A DNA stretch of 64,000 nt, taken from NCBI GenBank assembly GCA_041738615.1, contig JBGSPL010000001.1, forward strand, positions 158,564-222,563, read 5' to 3'. Below the pieces are notes generated by a model. That model was not told where the DNA came from. It did not search any database and saw only the letters and a list, made by a program, of their open reading frames with translations. The stretch's first letter is position 1. Every line of letters begins with the position of its first letter. This document shows positions 19,609 through 31,045 of this stretch, one piece after another. This DNA is from Patescibacteria group bacterium (GTDB lineage: Bacteria; Patescibacteriota; CPR2; UBA1875; CAIMLA01). The translations under genes and the position numbers were made by a program.

Positions 19609-20850
19609 TTACTTTTTCAAATCCAGTGTTTTTGTATACATCTCTTGAACCGCGGGATTGCCCTGCCAAGCATAAAAGTACTTCTGGAAATTGTAGTAGA
19701 CCGAAAGGAATAGAAAAACGGAGAAAAGGAGCGTCATGACAATTCTAGCTGAGCGATTGTAGGGAAAGGTTCGTACCCAGCTCGTGAGCAAGTAATCTAG
19801 CATTATTGAGCTCAGAATGAAAATGGCAGGGAGCAATATCGTGACATTCGCAATCTGCTGTACCTTTGCAAAGGAGATAATGATAACACTGAAGAGTACC
19901 CAAAGTAATATAAATTGATGTTTTCTTTTGCCACTATGAAAGAAAGCGTAGACGATACCGCAAATACTACTTACCGCCACAAAGGGGTCCAAAATTGGTT
20001 CAAGCGCTACGTTGACTGGAGAAACCGTTGCCGAACCCGCAAAGAGGGTCAGGATATTTTGCCCAACATTGAGGTAGAAGGCTGCGATAGATCCTGGCAA
20101 AAACGCTGCTACCGAAGAGCCTATTGCACCCCAGTTCAAGTACAAAAACGCCCCTGATGTCAGCAAGATAGGCGTTGCGAGTAGCATCAGCTCGTACTTA
20201 TACAGAGCAAACACTTTTTTGTTTTTTGCAATCATCGTAAGACCCGCGATAAAGATTAGGATACCAGTAAGGATAAAAAGAGGGCTCAGGAATATCCCAG
20301 CAGACGATAAGAGAGCGGTTAGGAGAAAGAGCCATTTGTTTTTTTCACGAAAAGCAGCCGTGGCGATATACAGGATAGCCATCTGCAATGCCAGAATCAC
20401 CACCGTGGTATTGGCCACTCGGGAGAGGATGAGCATAGTCGTATTGGTTGCCATCAGAAGCGTTGCAATAAGAGCAACTTGCTTATTGAACCAGCTGCGA
20501 GTAAAGATAAAGAAAAAGATGGACACGACGATTCCAGCCAGAGCTGAAAATAATCTAAAATAGAGAACACTGAAACTGGTCAGTTGCCCCAGGACGGCTA
20601 TCTTGTATAGATACAATGATTCGCCAATGAGCTTTGTGGGTACAGTCCAGTGTTGGTTCACTATCTCTCGGGCGCTCTTTAGGAGCGTTATTTCATCTAC
20701 AGAAAAACCTTTGAAGGTTGTAAGCCCCCAGAATCTCCATAGGGCACCTAGAAAAATTACAACTAGGGTAAGTAGTAGGAATTGATTATCTGAAGCAAAT
20801 GTCGAGAATTTTTCGCGTGTCCCACGGAGAATAGCAGAGAGTTTCTTCAT
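19609..20850 (-). CDS. Second GT-C-like polytopic membrane glycosyltransferase (candidate)
   Basis: 413 aa, many TM; SVDEITLLKSAREIV loop resembles the ArnT/PMT first periplasmic loop. Confidence 0.55.
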   Translation of the reverse strand: MKKLSAILRGTREKFSTFASDNQFLLLTLVVIFLGALWRFWGLTTFKGFSVDEITLLKSAREIVNQHWTVPTKLIGESLYLYKIAVLGQLTSFSVLYFRLFSALAGIVVSIFFFIFTRSWFNKQVALIATLLMATNTTMLILSRVANTTVVILALQMAILYIATAAFREKNKWLFLLTALLSSAGIFLSPLFILTGILIFIAGLTMIAKNKKVFALYKYELMLLATPILLTSGAFLYLNWGAIGSSVAAFLPGSIAAFYLNVGQNILTLFAGSATVSPVNVALEPILDPFVAVSSICGIVYAFFHSGKRKHQFILLWVLFSVIIISFAKVQQIANVTILLPAIFILSSIMLDYLLTSWVRTFPYNRSARIVMTLLFSVFLFLSVYYNFQKYFYAWQGNPAVQEMYTKTLDLKK

Positions 20851-20901
20851 AGGTGTATTGTACCAATTTTAGCTTGCTTTGTGAACACTAAGCAAGCGCT
20901 T

Positions 20902-21354
20902 CTATTTCACAAAGACAAGGAACTTGTATGCAAAAAAGTTATATACCAAGGTGACAGCTATAGCGCATACTTTTGCAAAGTTGTCTGTCACAAAGGAGTC
21001 CGAAAGCTTATTTAGGAACGGCAACCAACGAACTATCTTTAGCGCTAGTTTTCCTGGCCACAGAACCTTCTTTGTTAACAGGTAGACAATACCGTTATGG
21101 ATGATATAAATCCCCAGGATTGTAATCGTGAAGAACTTGAGAGCCTGGCTTGCGGAATCGCCCTTGGCAGCAAATGTCCAAGACTTGTTTAAGAAATAGC
21201 TACCAATCATTGCTATGGTGGTGGAAACATAGCTTGCCGTCGTGGCAGAAAACCCCTTGATTTTGCGGAGTACGTTAAAGAAACCGAGATCAACCAGAGT
21301 GTTAATGATGCCGACCGAAACAAATTTCATGATTTGCGCGATTAGAACTTCCAA
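20902..21354 (-). CDS. GtrA-family small membrane protein (lipid-linked sugar translocation)
   Basis: 150 aa, 4 TM, KFVSVGIINTLVDLGFFNVL N-terminus typical of GtrA. Confidence 0.72.
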   Translation of the reverse strand: MEVLIAQIMKFVSVGIINTLVDLGFFNVLRKIKGFSATTASYVSTTIAMIGSYFLNKSWTFAAKGDSASQALKFFTITILGIYIIHNGIVYLLTKKVLWPGKLALKIVRWLPFLNKLSDSFVTDNFAKVCAIAVTLVYNFFAYKFLVFVK

Positions 21355-21402
21355 CTTACCCTCCTATTTATGATTCGATTATAGCACCCCTTCAATAAAA
21401 AA

Positions 21403-22752
21403 CTATATCTTTTGTGAGGTTTCGTGCTTCTTGTCTAGGTTTGTAAATAGCATTTGCTCTGGCTTGAAATACAGTTCAATCTGACCGACGGGACCATTAC
21501 GGTGCTTGCGGATGAGCACGTCGGCAATGTTTTTGCGCTCTGAATCCTTATCGTAGTAGTCGTCACGATATATAAACATCACAACGTCGGCATCTTGCTC
21601 GATGGATCCAGACTCGCGTAGGTCAGAAAGTTGTGGTCTACGGTCAGGCCTACTCTCAACCGCACGGGAGAGCTGTGAAAGAGCGATTACAGGTACATTT
21701 AGCTCACGGGCGAGCCCCTTGAGCGAACGTGAAATCTCACTCACCTCTTCTACACGACTGTTGCTTGAGTTACCTTGCATTAGCTGAAGATAGTCGATAA
21801 TCACCAGTCCTAGACCATGTTCTGATTGCAGGCGTCGTGCCTTGGTACGCATCTCGAGTACATTGATACCGGCGGAGTCATCGAAATAGAGTGGTGCCTC
21901 AGAGAGCTTCGCCATCGCCTCTCCGATTCGCCCAAAGTCGGCGTCTGACAGATTGGCATTTCTGAGTTTCCATGAGTCGACGTTTGCTTCCGAACAAAGT
22001 AAACGGTCTACGAGCTGCTCTTTGCTCATTTCGAGTGAGAAAATAGCTACTGGGATGCCCTCGTGGATGGCAACGTTCTGCGCAATATTGATAGCGAGGG
22101 AAGATTTACCCATGGAGGGGCGAGCGGCTAGGATTACAAGGTCGGAATTCTGAAGTCCGGCGAGTAAGTTATCGAGGTCGCGGAACCCAGTCGGTACTCC
22201 CCTGATTTGATCCTTGTTGTTGTGTAGCTCGTCTAGACGGTCAAAACTATCTGTTAGAATGTCTTTAATGGCGATAAAGCTTTCCTTCGTATGTTTCTGC
22301 GAAACCGCAAAGATAGCCTGTTCGGCACGGTCTAGGATTTCAGGTATTTCCTTCTCCTCATGAAAGGCAATATCTGAGATTTCTGTAGATGCATGAATTA
22401 GGCGGCGTAAAATCGACTTTGAAGCCACGATTTTGGCATAATGCACAATGTTCGAAGCAGAAGGAACGGAGCTTGCGAGAGTAGCGATATAGCTACCTCC
22501 TCCGATAACGTCTAGCTTCTTCATCGCTTCCAGTTTGTTTGTGAGAGTTACTACATCTATCGGCTCCCTGTGTTCGAAAAGGTTCAGCATTGCTGCGTAT
22601 ATAATGCCATGGACATCTTTGTAGAAATCATCGGCCGTTATAATATCGGCAACTTTGATTAGCGCATCTTTGTCGAGTAGAATAGCGCCTAGTAAAGAAA
22701 TTTCAGCTTCTACGTTCTGCGGTGGAATAGTGGGGTTTATATTTGCCATCAT
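21403..22752 (-). CDS. dnaB: Replicative DNA helicase DnaB
   Basis: 449 aa; PQNVEAEISLLGAIL N-domain, Walker A ARPSMGKSS, RecA-like core. Confidence 0.95.
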   Translation of the reverse strand: MMANINPTIPPQNVEAEISLLGAILLDKDALIKVADIITADDFYKDVHGIIYAAMLNLFEHREPIDVVTLTNKLEAMKKLDVIGGGSYIATLASSVPSASNIVHYAKIVASKSILRRLIHASTEISDIAFHEEKEIPEILDRAEQAIFAVSQKHTKESFIAIKDILTDSFDRLDELHNNKDQIRGVPTGFRDLDNLLAGLQNSDLVILAARPSMGKSSLAINIAQNVAIHEGIPVAIFSLEMSKEQLVDRLLCSEANVDSWKLRNANLSDADFGRIGEAMAKLSEAPLYFDDSAGINVLEMRTKARRLQSEHGLGLVIIDYLQLMQGNSSNSRVEEVSEISRSLKGLARELNVPVIALSQLSRAVESRPDRRPQLSDLRESGSIEQDADVVMFIYRDDYYDKDSERKNIADVLIRKHRNGPVGQIELYFKPEQMLFTNLDKKHETSQKI

Positions 22753-24275
22753 TCTAGTATTTCTCCCCCAAAAATATTAATTGCGTCGTCTAGGAGATCA
22801 TCTCCTCCGCTTTCGGTCTTTGTAATTACGGATTTTTGACTGAGAGAATTTCGAAGTACGCACTTTACGCGATATTTAGTGCCATAAACTTTGGTAAGGG
22901 TGTTTTCTACTACTTGTCGGTTCTTGGCGTCTTCGATTCGCTCTTTATGAAATTTGTAAGGAAAGGCTAGCGTCACTGTATCTGCCGTGAATTCTGGTTC
23001 ACATACTTTGAGAACTGCATGAATTGAGTTGTTAGTACTCTTCACTTCCAGGAGAAAGTGCTGCCACTTGCCACGATCGTCCATATTTGCCGTTTCTATC
23101 CGAGGCTTTGTCTCTACCTTTTCGCTTGTCGCCTTTGCTGCGGTAGCAGGTTTAGAAACCCTCTCTGCAAGACCAGTACAGGCCTTTATTGTCGCTACTT
23201 CTAAGGAGAGTTGATGCAGCCCCGAGTATTTATAAAGAGAATCGTTCTGTATATAGGTGTCCATTAATATAATGAGGTCCGAAGTCGAAGCACCTTTGAG
23301 TAGTTCTACATAGAGTTTCTCCGATGCTTCCGATAGCCCAATCTCTGAGATGCCTGTAGCACTTGCCAGTGACAATCTGCGAAGGACCTCGACTGTATTT
23401 TTTAGAAATTGCGCCGGTTCGTATCCGTTTTCCAGGGCCTTACTTAGGACCTCAAGGGCTCCGCTAGTATCTTTTTTGACTACCGCAAAGACATAATCCT
23501 CTACCAGGCTGTAATCGCTGATGCCGAGAAGTGCTTCCATCTCAGTAACAGTGATCTCGGATTTACTCATATCAGCAACCTGGTCTAGCATAGAGATAGC
23601 ATCTCGAAATCCGCCTTCGCTGGCGCGGACGATGAGCTCGATTGCCTTCTGGTCTATCTTGATCTTCTCTTGGTCTGCGATGTAGCGCAGACGTTCTGAA
23701 AGAGCCTTCTCATTTATTCGATGGAAGTCAAATCGTTGGCATCGCGATTGGATAGTAGGGATTATCTTTTGGATTTCTGTAGTGGCAAGGATAAATACCG
23801 TATGTTCTGGCGGCTCTTCTAGCGTCTTTAAGAGCGCATTGAATGAGGACTTGGATAACATATGCGCTTCATCAATAATGTAGACTTTGTATTTTAGATT
23901 CGTCGGAGCAAACTTCGCTCGCTCGATAATCACTTCACGAATGTTGTCTACCTGTGTGTGGGAGGCCGCGTCAATCTCGATTATATCAACGGTGGAACCG
24001 GACGAGATAAGTTTGCATTTATCACACTTGTTGTCTGGATTTCCAGCTACGTTGTGCTCGCAGTTGATAGCTTTGGCTAGGATACGAGCGGCCGAGGTCT
24101 TACCTACACCGCGTGGACCATGGAAAAGGTAGGCATGAGCAAAGCGTCCTTCAGCGACCGAATTCTTCAGGGTTCTAGTAATGTGATCTTGGCCATAGAG
24201 GTCATCAAAATCAACAGATCGATATTTACGATACAGGGCTACTTTGGCCAAAATCCACCTCAAACAGATAATCAA
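22749..24275 (-). CDS. dnaX: DNA polymerase III gamma/tau subunit
   Basis: 508 aa; YRKYRSVDFDDLYGQDH, HAYLFHGPRGVGKTS, C4 zinc module, SRC; likely true start is TTG at 24251 (M-AKVALYRKYR). Confidence 0.9.
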   Translation of the reverse strand: MIICLRWILAKVALYRKYRSVDFDDLYGQDHITRTLKNSVAEGRFAHAYLFHGPRGVGKTSAARILAKAINCEHNVAGNPDNKCDKCKLISSGSTVDIIEIDAASHTQVDNIREVIIERAKFAPTNLKYKVYIIDEAHMLSKSSFNALLKTLEEPPEHTVFILATTEIQKIIPTIQSRCQRFDFHRINEKALSERLRYIADQEKIKIDQKAIELIVRASEGGFRDAISMLDQVADMSKSEITVTEMEALLGISDYSLVEDYVFAVVKKDTSGALEVLSKALENGYEPAQFLKNTVEVLRRLSLASATGISEIGLSEASEKLYVELLKGASTSDLIILMDTYIQNDSLYKYSGLHQLSLEVATIKACTGLAERVSKPATAAKATSEKVETKPRIETANMDDRGKWQHFLLEVKSTNNSIHAVLKVCEPEFTADTVTLAFPYKFHKERIEDAKNRQVVENTLTKVYGTKYRVKCVLRNSLSQKSVITKTESGGDDLLDDAINIFGGEILE

Positions 24276-24381
24276 TAATAGTTAGCCTATGTATTATAGG
24301 TCAAAACAAGCGCAATATCGAGCACAAAAAGAAGGTTTTTGGGTTATAAACGACCTTTATTGGTGGAAAAGCTGGGGAAAG

Positions 24382-25308
24382 CTATATCTCGAGCTCAGCT
24401 ATAGGCTCGTCAGACTTGCTTGGAGTCGGTTTTTCACTTGCAGCTAGGTCAGAAGCAACCAACCCTTCAGGTGGTAGCTCAGCGGCAACCGGCGAGACAA
24501 ATTCTGGCGTTGTGATATTCTTCAGATTGTTCTTGAGATTTTCGAGTAATTGTTCATCGCTGAGATTTTCATCTCCTTGTGCGAATTCAATCTTAGGAGC
24601 CAACGGGTCCTCTGCTGCGGTCTCCACTGGAGCTGTTGGTTCCTCAGTCTCGGCTACTGGTTCTGGACTTGAATCTACCTGTTCGGCTGCAATCTCAGGC
24701 AAAGCCGAAGCTGTTGTCACGGCTTCTATGGCGTCCGGCAGTGTAATCTCTGGTTCCTGTGTTTCCACATCAGCAGATTCGATGCTTGTGCCCTTGGAGA
24801 TAACATTTTCTAGGGCTGCCCAGCTAGCATCCGGACCTACCGGTACCAGTACTGTCACTGAGTCTCCTGGCTCAGCCTTGTAAAAGGTAATGCTAGCTGT
24901 AAGTACTTTGTATTTCTTGTCTTCTGCGAGGACTACATAGCTACTCCCATCTAGGCTCAGGGTACCGACCAGGCTCTTTCGCTCTATAGGACGGATTTGC
25001 TTGAAGATAAAGCTGCCATCAGCGGCTATGGTAAGCTTCAGACCGTCTCCTTCGACTAGTTTGGACTTAGACGCGTAGTTTGCGGGAACTGGATAATTCT
25101 TGCCATCTGCGGCAATCATTTCCTCGCCGTTAAAAGTACCTTCGATTACGTTATCTACAGTATCTTCCAGCGGTGTTGTTTCCGCTACAGGACCCTTATC
25201 CGTAGCAGGGGATTTCCCAACAACCTCACGCAACATGTTTCTTGCAGATGCCAGATTGCCCTCTGCGGCGTCCAGTAACTTCTGTATTTTTATCAATTTT
25301 TCATCCAT
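24382..25308 (-). CDS. Hypothetical protein with highly acidic low-complexity Pro/Glu/Ala-rich C-terminal half
   Basis: 308 aa ORF; ordered N-terminal ~180 aa then PEPVAETEEPTAPVETAAEDP repeats. Confidence 0.55.
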   Translation of the reverse strand: MDEKLIKIQKLLDAAEGNLASARNMLREVVGKSPATDKGPVAETTPLEDTVDNVIEGTFNGEEMIAADGKNYPVPANYASKSKLVEGDGLKLTIAADGSFIFKQIRPIERKSLVGTLSLDGSSYVVLAEDKKYKVLTASITFYKAEPGDSVTVLVPVGPDASWAALENVISKGTSIESADVETQEPEITLPDAIEAVTTASALPEIAAEQVDSSPEPVAETEEPTAPVETAAEDPLAPKIEFAQGDENLSDEQLLENLKNNLKNITTPEFVSPVAAELPPEGLVASDLAASEKPTPSKSDEPIAELEI

Positions 25309-25347
25309 GGGGCCTCCTTTTTGTTTTTGTTTTACACCTAGATTGTA

Positions 25348-27679
<2,332 letters not shown>

Positions 27680-27693
27680 GGCATTATTATATC

Positions 27694-27727
27694 AAAAAAG
27701 AGGCCCGCATGGGGCCCCTTTTTTGAT
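27694..27727. terminator. Intrinsic terminator GGCCC-GCAT-GGGCC flanked by A6 and T6 downstream of rplL
   Basis: Hairpin plus T-run on the minus strand immediately after the rplL stop. Confidence 0.65.
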
Positions 27728-27734
27728 AAGTAGA

Positions 27735-28139
27735 TTATTGAAGTTCTACAGTAGCGCCAGCTTCTACAAGCTTAGCTTTTGCAGCTTCAGCATCTTCCTT
27801 CTTCAGGTTCTCCTTAACAGTTGCTGGAGCACCGTCAACAAGGTCCTTAGCTTCTTTTAGTCCTAGCTCAGGAAGTACTTCACGTACTGCCTTGATAACC
27901 GAGATCTTGTTTGCACCAGCGGCTGTGATAACTACATTGAAAGAAGATTTCTCTTCTACTTCAGCAGCAGCGCCACCGGCAGCAGGCCTAGCACCCATCA
28001 TCATTGGAGCAGCGGCAGAAACGCCGAATTTGTCCTCAAGTGCTTTTACGAGCTCCGAAAGCTCTAGTACACTCATGGTTTCGATTTGTTTGATAAGTTC
28101 TGCGAACTTAGGATTTACTTCTTTTGCTTCTTCAGACAT
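27735..28139 (-). CDS. rplL: 50S ribosomal protein L7/L12
   Basis: 134 aa; Ala-rich hinge, C-terminal SVIKAVREV...[11 protein letters not shown]...KEDAE. Confidence 0.95.
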   Translation of the reverse strand: MSEEAKEVNPKFAELIKQIETMSVLELSELVKALEDKFGVSAAAPMMMGARPAAGGAAAEVEEKSSFNVVITAAGANKISVIKAVREVLPELGLKEAKDLVDGAPATVKENLKKEDAEAAKAKLVEAGATVELQ

Positions 28140-28169
28140 AATGTCTCCTTCGTTTTTGTAATTAATTAA

Positions 28170-28691
28170 TTATTTTTGTTCAGCGACTGCGTTTAGAACG
28201 TTTACTAGTCCACGGATGTTACCCGCAAGCACATTTACCATGCCTGACATAGGGGCGGCTATGGTACCAACCAGCTGGCCTAGTAGCTGTTCTCTGCTTG
28301 GTAGGCTTGCAAGAGACTTGACCATAATGTCACTAATCTCTTTTCCTTCTAGAACGCCACCTACGATAGCGAATTTGTCATTTTTCTTGGAGTATTCAAA
28401 AGCTATCTTTGCTGGAGCAACTTCGTCTTCCATGCCAAATGCAACTGCAAATGGGTGGTTGTGAGTAGCGTCCTTTGAAAGCTCAATACCAGCTTCTTTT
28501 GATGCTATCTGGAACAAAGTATTCTTTACTACTTTGAGTTCCACGCCTTCAGCGCGAAGCTTGTTTCGCACCTCGTCTAGTTCTTCGACTGTAAGCCCAC
28601 GATAATCAGTAAAAACTACTGATTTTGCCGACTTTAGCTTGCTTACTAACGAAGCTACTAATTCTTCTTTTTTCTGTCGTGTAATTGCCAT
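28170..28691 (-). CDS. rplJ: 50S ribosomal protein L10
   Basis: 173 aa; MAITRQKKEELVASL...VVFTDYRGLTVEELDELR. Confidence 0.95.
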   Translation of the reverse strand: MAITRQKKEELVASLVSKLKSAKSVVFTDYRGLTVEELDEVRNKLRAEGVELKVVKNTLFQIASKEAGIELSKDATHNHPFAVAFGMEDEVAPAKIAFEYSKKNDKFAIVGGVLEGKEISDIMVKSLASLPSREQLLGQLVGTIAAPMSGMVNVLAGNIRGLVNVLNAVAEQK

Positions 28692-28759
28692 TTATTCTCC
28701 CTCTCCCCTCTGTCATTTCGACCGAAGTGGAGAAATCTCTTTAAGACACTTTCGCGCCT

Positions 28760-28789
28760 CTTGTCGACCCAATAAAAAATCTTCGATTT
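28760..28789 (-). terminator. Intrinsic terminator CTTCGA-GAAA-TCGAAG plus T-run upstream of rplJ, insulating rplJL from the island
   Basis: Minus-strand hairpin followed by ATTTTTTATTGG. Confidence 0.55.
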
Positions 28790-28998
28790 CTCGAAGACAC
28801 ATTGGAATAAAATTCATAAAGCTTATGCGTTTTACTCCCTCGGTAGCGGATTAAGCCCTGTGGGCAGCTACTGTCTCCGGAAATTACCTTTGTATTTTAG
28901 CAAATTATCAGGAGAAGGTCAAGTTCAATATCTAAAGGCGTTAGTGCCGGCGCCCTGTGTGGTTGCCGGCACTAACAGTACCCCTTGCGCCGTTGGCG

Positions 28999-29376
28999 CT
29001 ACTTCGGACGAAGCTGAATCTCATGGTTCAGAGTGTCCTTCATGGACTGAGGGACCGCGTCATACCATGCGCTGGTCGCCGAGATGTACGGTCCTCGAAG
29101 CTCAGTGGGGAGCAACTCGCTGGTCCAGAGACCGAGGTAGAGCTTGTTGCCGCCGGTGACGATAAGAGACTCGCGGCTCGGACGACCTGGATGATTGCTG
29201 GCGGCCTTCAGAGCTTGCCATTGGCGCAGCGCACTGCGCACGTTCGCGCGATAGACCGCATCCAAGACATTGGAATCGTGGGCGAGTATGGACTCCCCCA
29301 GCTGTTCGAGAATTTCTCCGGCCTCCAGAAGCCTTGTGGTGTCCGCCTCGACTTGCTCTTTGCTCCTTGTGTCCAT
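28999..29376 (-). CDS. Hypothetical protein (125 aa), high GC
   Basis: MDTRSKEQVEADTTRLLEAGEILEQL...; SD AGGAGAG before ATG 29376; longer overlapping ORFs on both strands judged artefacts of GC richness. Confidence 0.4.
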   Translation of the reverse strand: MDTRSKEQVEADTTRLLEAGEILEQLGESILAHDSNVLDAVYRANVRSALRQWQALKAASNHPGRPSRESLIVTGGNKLYLGLWTSELLPTELRGPYISATSAWYDAVPQSMKDTLNHEIQLRPK

Positions 29377-29509
29377 GACGACTCTCCTGTTCGTCGGGTG
29401 TTGGGCATAGTGGTACTGCGTCTTGCGACGCCTAAATATAACATTATTGCCATATGTGGTCAAGAAGACCGGGGCGTGAGCAAAACGCCACCTAGGACCT
29501 CGTGTGGGG

Positions 29510-29833
29510 TTACAGACCCTTTGCAGCCTGTATTTCTCGGCGCATCTGCTCGAGATCTGGTTCACTTCCCTTACAGAAGAATGCGCGACAAACCTGAGGT
29601 CGGCGAGAGTGGATACTGCACTTGCCCCCAGTGAGATATATGCAGCTCCCATCCGTATTCTGCGCGACTATATTGGCACCACACTCAGAGGCCGTAGGAA
29701 AATTATCAAATATATCGGCTTTTGGGAACATAGCTAAGTATTTGCCTGACCGATACTCCTTCTCATTCAGATTGATAAGAAATAGCCGGCAGCAAATTCC
29801 GCACGCGTCACAACTGTCTTCGGTATGTTTCAT
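29510..29833 (-). CDS. YkgJ-family Cys-cluster protein (CxxCxxCC putative Zn/Fe-chelating domain)
   Basis: 107 aa; CDACGICC...C...C..C pattern characteristic of PF03692-type proteins. Confidence 0.65.
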   Translation of the reverse strand: MKHTEDSCDACGICCRLFLINLNEKEYRSGKYLAMFPKADIFDNFPTASECGANIVAQNTDGSCIYLTGGKCSIHSRRPQVCRAFFCKGSEPDLEQMRREIQAAKGL

Positions 29834-29895
29834 GTATACATTCTAGCAGCAATCTCATAAACCTTGAATCAGTAGTTCAAAAGTGCTATATTACA

Positions 29896-30390
29896 TTGTC
29901 ACTATACTGTGGCGACGAACTCAAGGACGGGGGTGAGCATGTGGCTCATGAAGAATTGGTACGGAGTATCACAGAGGCGATGCAGGAATTCGAACGGCAC
30001 AACGTGCTTGGCGACAAGCTAAAGGCCCAGGCAAGAGCGGAGTACGTTACCGCCGATGATTCACTGCGGCATCGAGCCGATGATATGGCAAAACTGTATT
30101 GCCATATCATGTCACAAAGCCTAGCTACTGACGAGATCAGGCAATCAAGTGCCTACATCATCATTGTGTGCAGAAACCAGGAGCACGTTGATGTTGATCT
30201 CTGTCAGGCCATCCTAGTGCTCGCGGATGCCTCCGGGGAGGTCCTGAGCGACCTCGATCGAGCGGCACGGAAGACCGATTTCCCTAGTCTGCGTGCCATC
30301 TTCTGTACGCTTCAGGTGGAAGAGTCCAAAGCCGACTACTACGCCATGGCCATCATGAAACTCTATCGCAGCACAGGTTGCTGCAACTAG
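29896..30390 (+). CDS. Hypothetical protein (about 150-164 aa; TTG or GTG start)
   Basis: High-GC ORF, protein-like composition; no motif recognised. Confidence 0.4.
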   Translation: MSLYCGDELKDGGEHVAHEELVRSITEAMQEFERHNVLGDKLKAQARAEYVTADDSLRHRADDMAKLYCHIMSQSLATDEIRQSSAYIIIVCRNQEHVDVDLCQAILVLADASGEVLSDLDRAARKTDFPSLRAIFCTLQVEESKADYYAMAIMKLYRSTGCCN

Positions 30391-30527
30391 CGCTCAAAGC
30401 GCGCGCTCCGTACTATCCGTACGACGGCGCTGCACTTTGGGCGCCTTTCGTATATATTCAAAAGAAGACGCCCCCGTTGCAAGGAAACAACGAGGTTGTC
30501 TTCTTTGCCGCGGGGGCGGTAGTCTGG

Positions 30528-30968
30528 CTACTCCGTGGTCGGACAGCTCTCACAAGGCTGTGGACTCGTGACACTGAGCATCCCTGGAATGGGAGCTTTG
30601 TGGAGCACCCAACAAGCTAGAGTGAGGTGGAAGCATGGGTTCAGGTGTGAACAGAGCCCGTTTCCGTCATCGAAGTGACCAAGATCGAGCAGGCGCGTAA
30701 TAAGCTCAGAACGCCTGGTGATACTCAGAACCGGGATGAGCTCCCTTACCTTGGTCGTCACATACAACACGTGGTCAACCTGTGCAACAACTCTGGCATA
30801 GCGCCACTTGTCGAGGAGGGGGTCAAGGAGATCCCACCAAGGGTAACTGTCCTGTCGGACATACAGAAGTTCCAGCTCCTCGCGAAGCCTCGAAAGGTGC
30901 TTTTCGGCACCCGCCAAGAAGGCGTGAAGCTGTTCCTCAACGACTTCGCTTTCGTGCTCCTCAAGCAT
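30528..30968 (-). CDS. Hypothetical acidic helical protein (146 aa)
   Basis: MLEEHESEVVEEQLHAFLAGAEKHLSRLREELELLYV...; preferred over the overlapping plus-strand ORF 30675..31166. Confidence 0.35.
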   Translation of the reverse strand: MLEEHESEVVEEQLHAFLAGAEKHLSRLREELELLYVRQDSYPWWDLLDPLLDKWRYARVVAQVDHVLYVTTKVRELIPVLSITRRSELITRLLDLGHFDDGNGLCSHLNPCFHLTLACWVLHKAPIPGMLSVTSPQPCESCPTTE

Positions 30969-31045
30969 TGTTGCCCCTCTCCGAAGTATCGCAACAGTAG
31001 CTTACGACCGAGATTATACAACAGGGACTTAGTATTGTCTAGGGT

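Noticed and set aside
24416-24883. 155-aa plus-strand ORF rich in Ser/Gly/Ala
   Set aside because: It is antisense to the acidic low-complexity region of gene 24382..25308 and reflects mirror codon bias
28957-29634. 225-aa plus-strand ORF and 217-aa minus-strand ORF overlapping each other in the high-GC block
   Set aside because: Long stop-free frames are expected in ~60% GC DNA. Only the distal 125-aa minus-strand segment (MDTRSKEQ...) has an SD and protein-like composition, so the rest is treated as artefact
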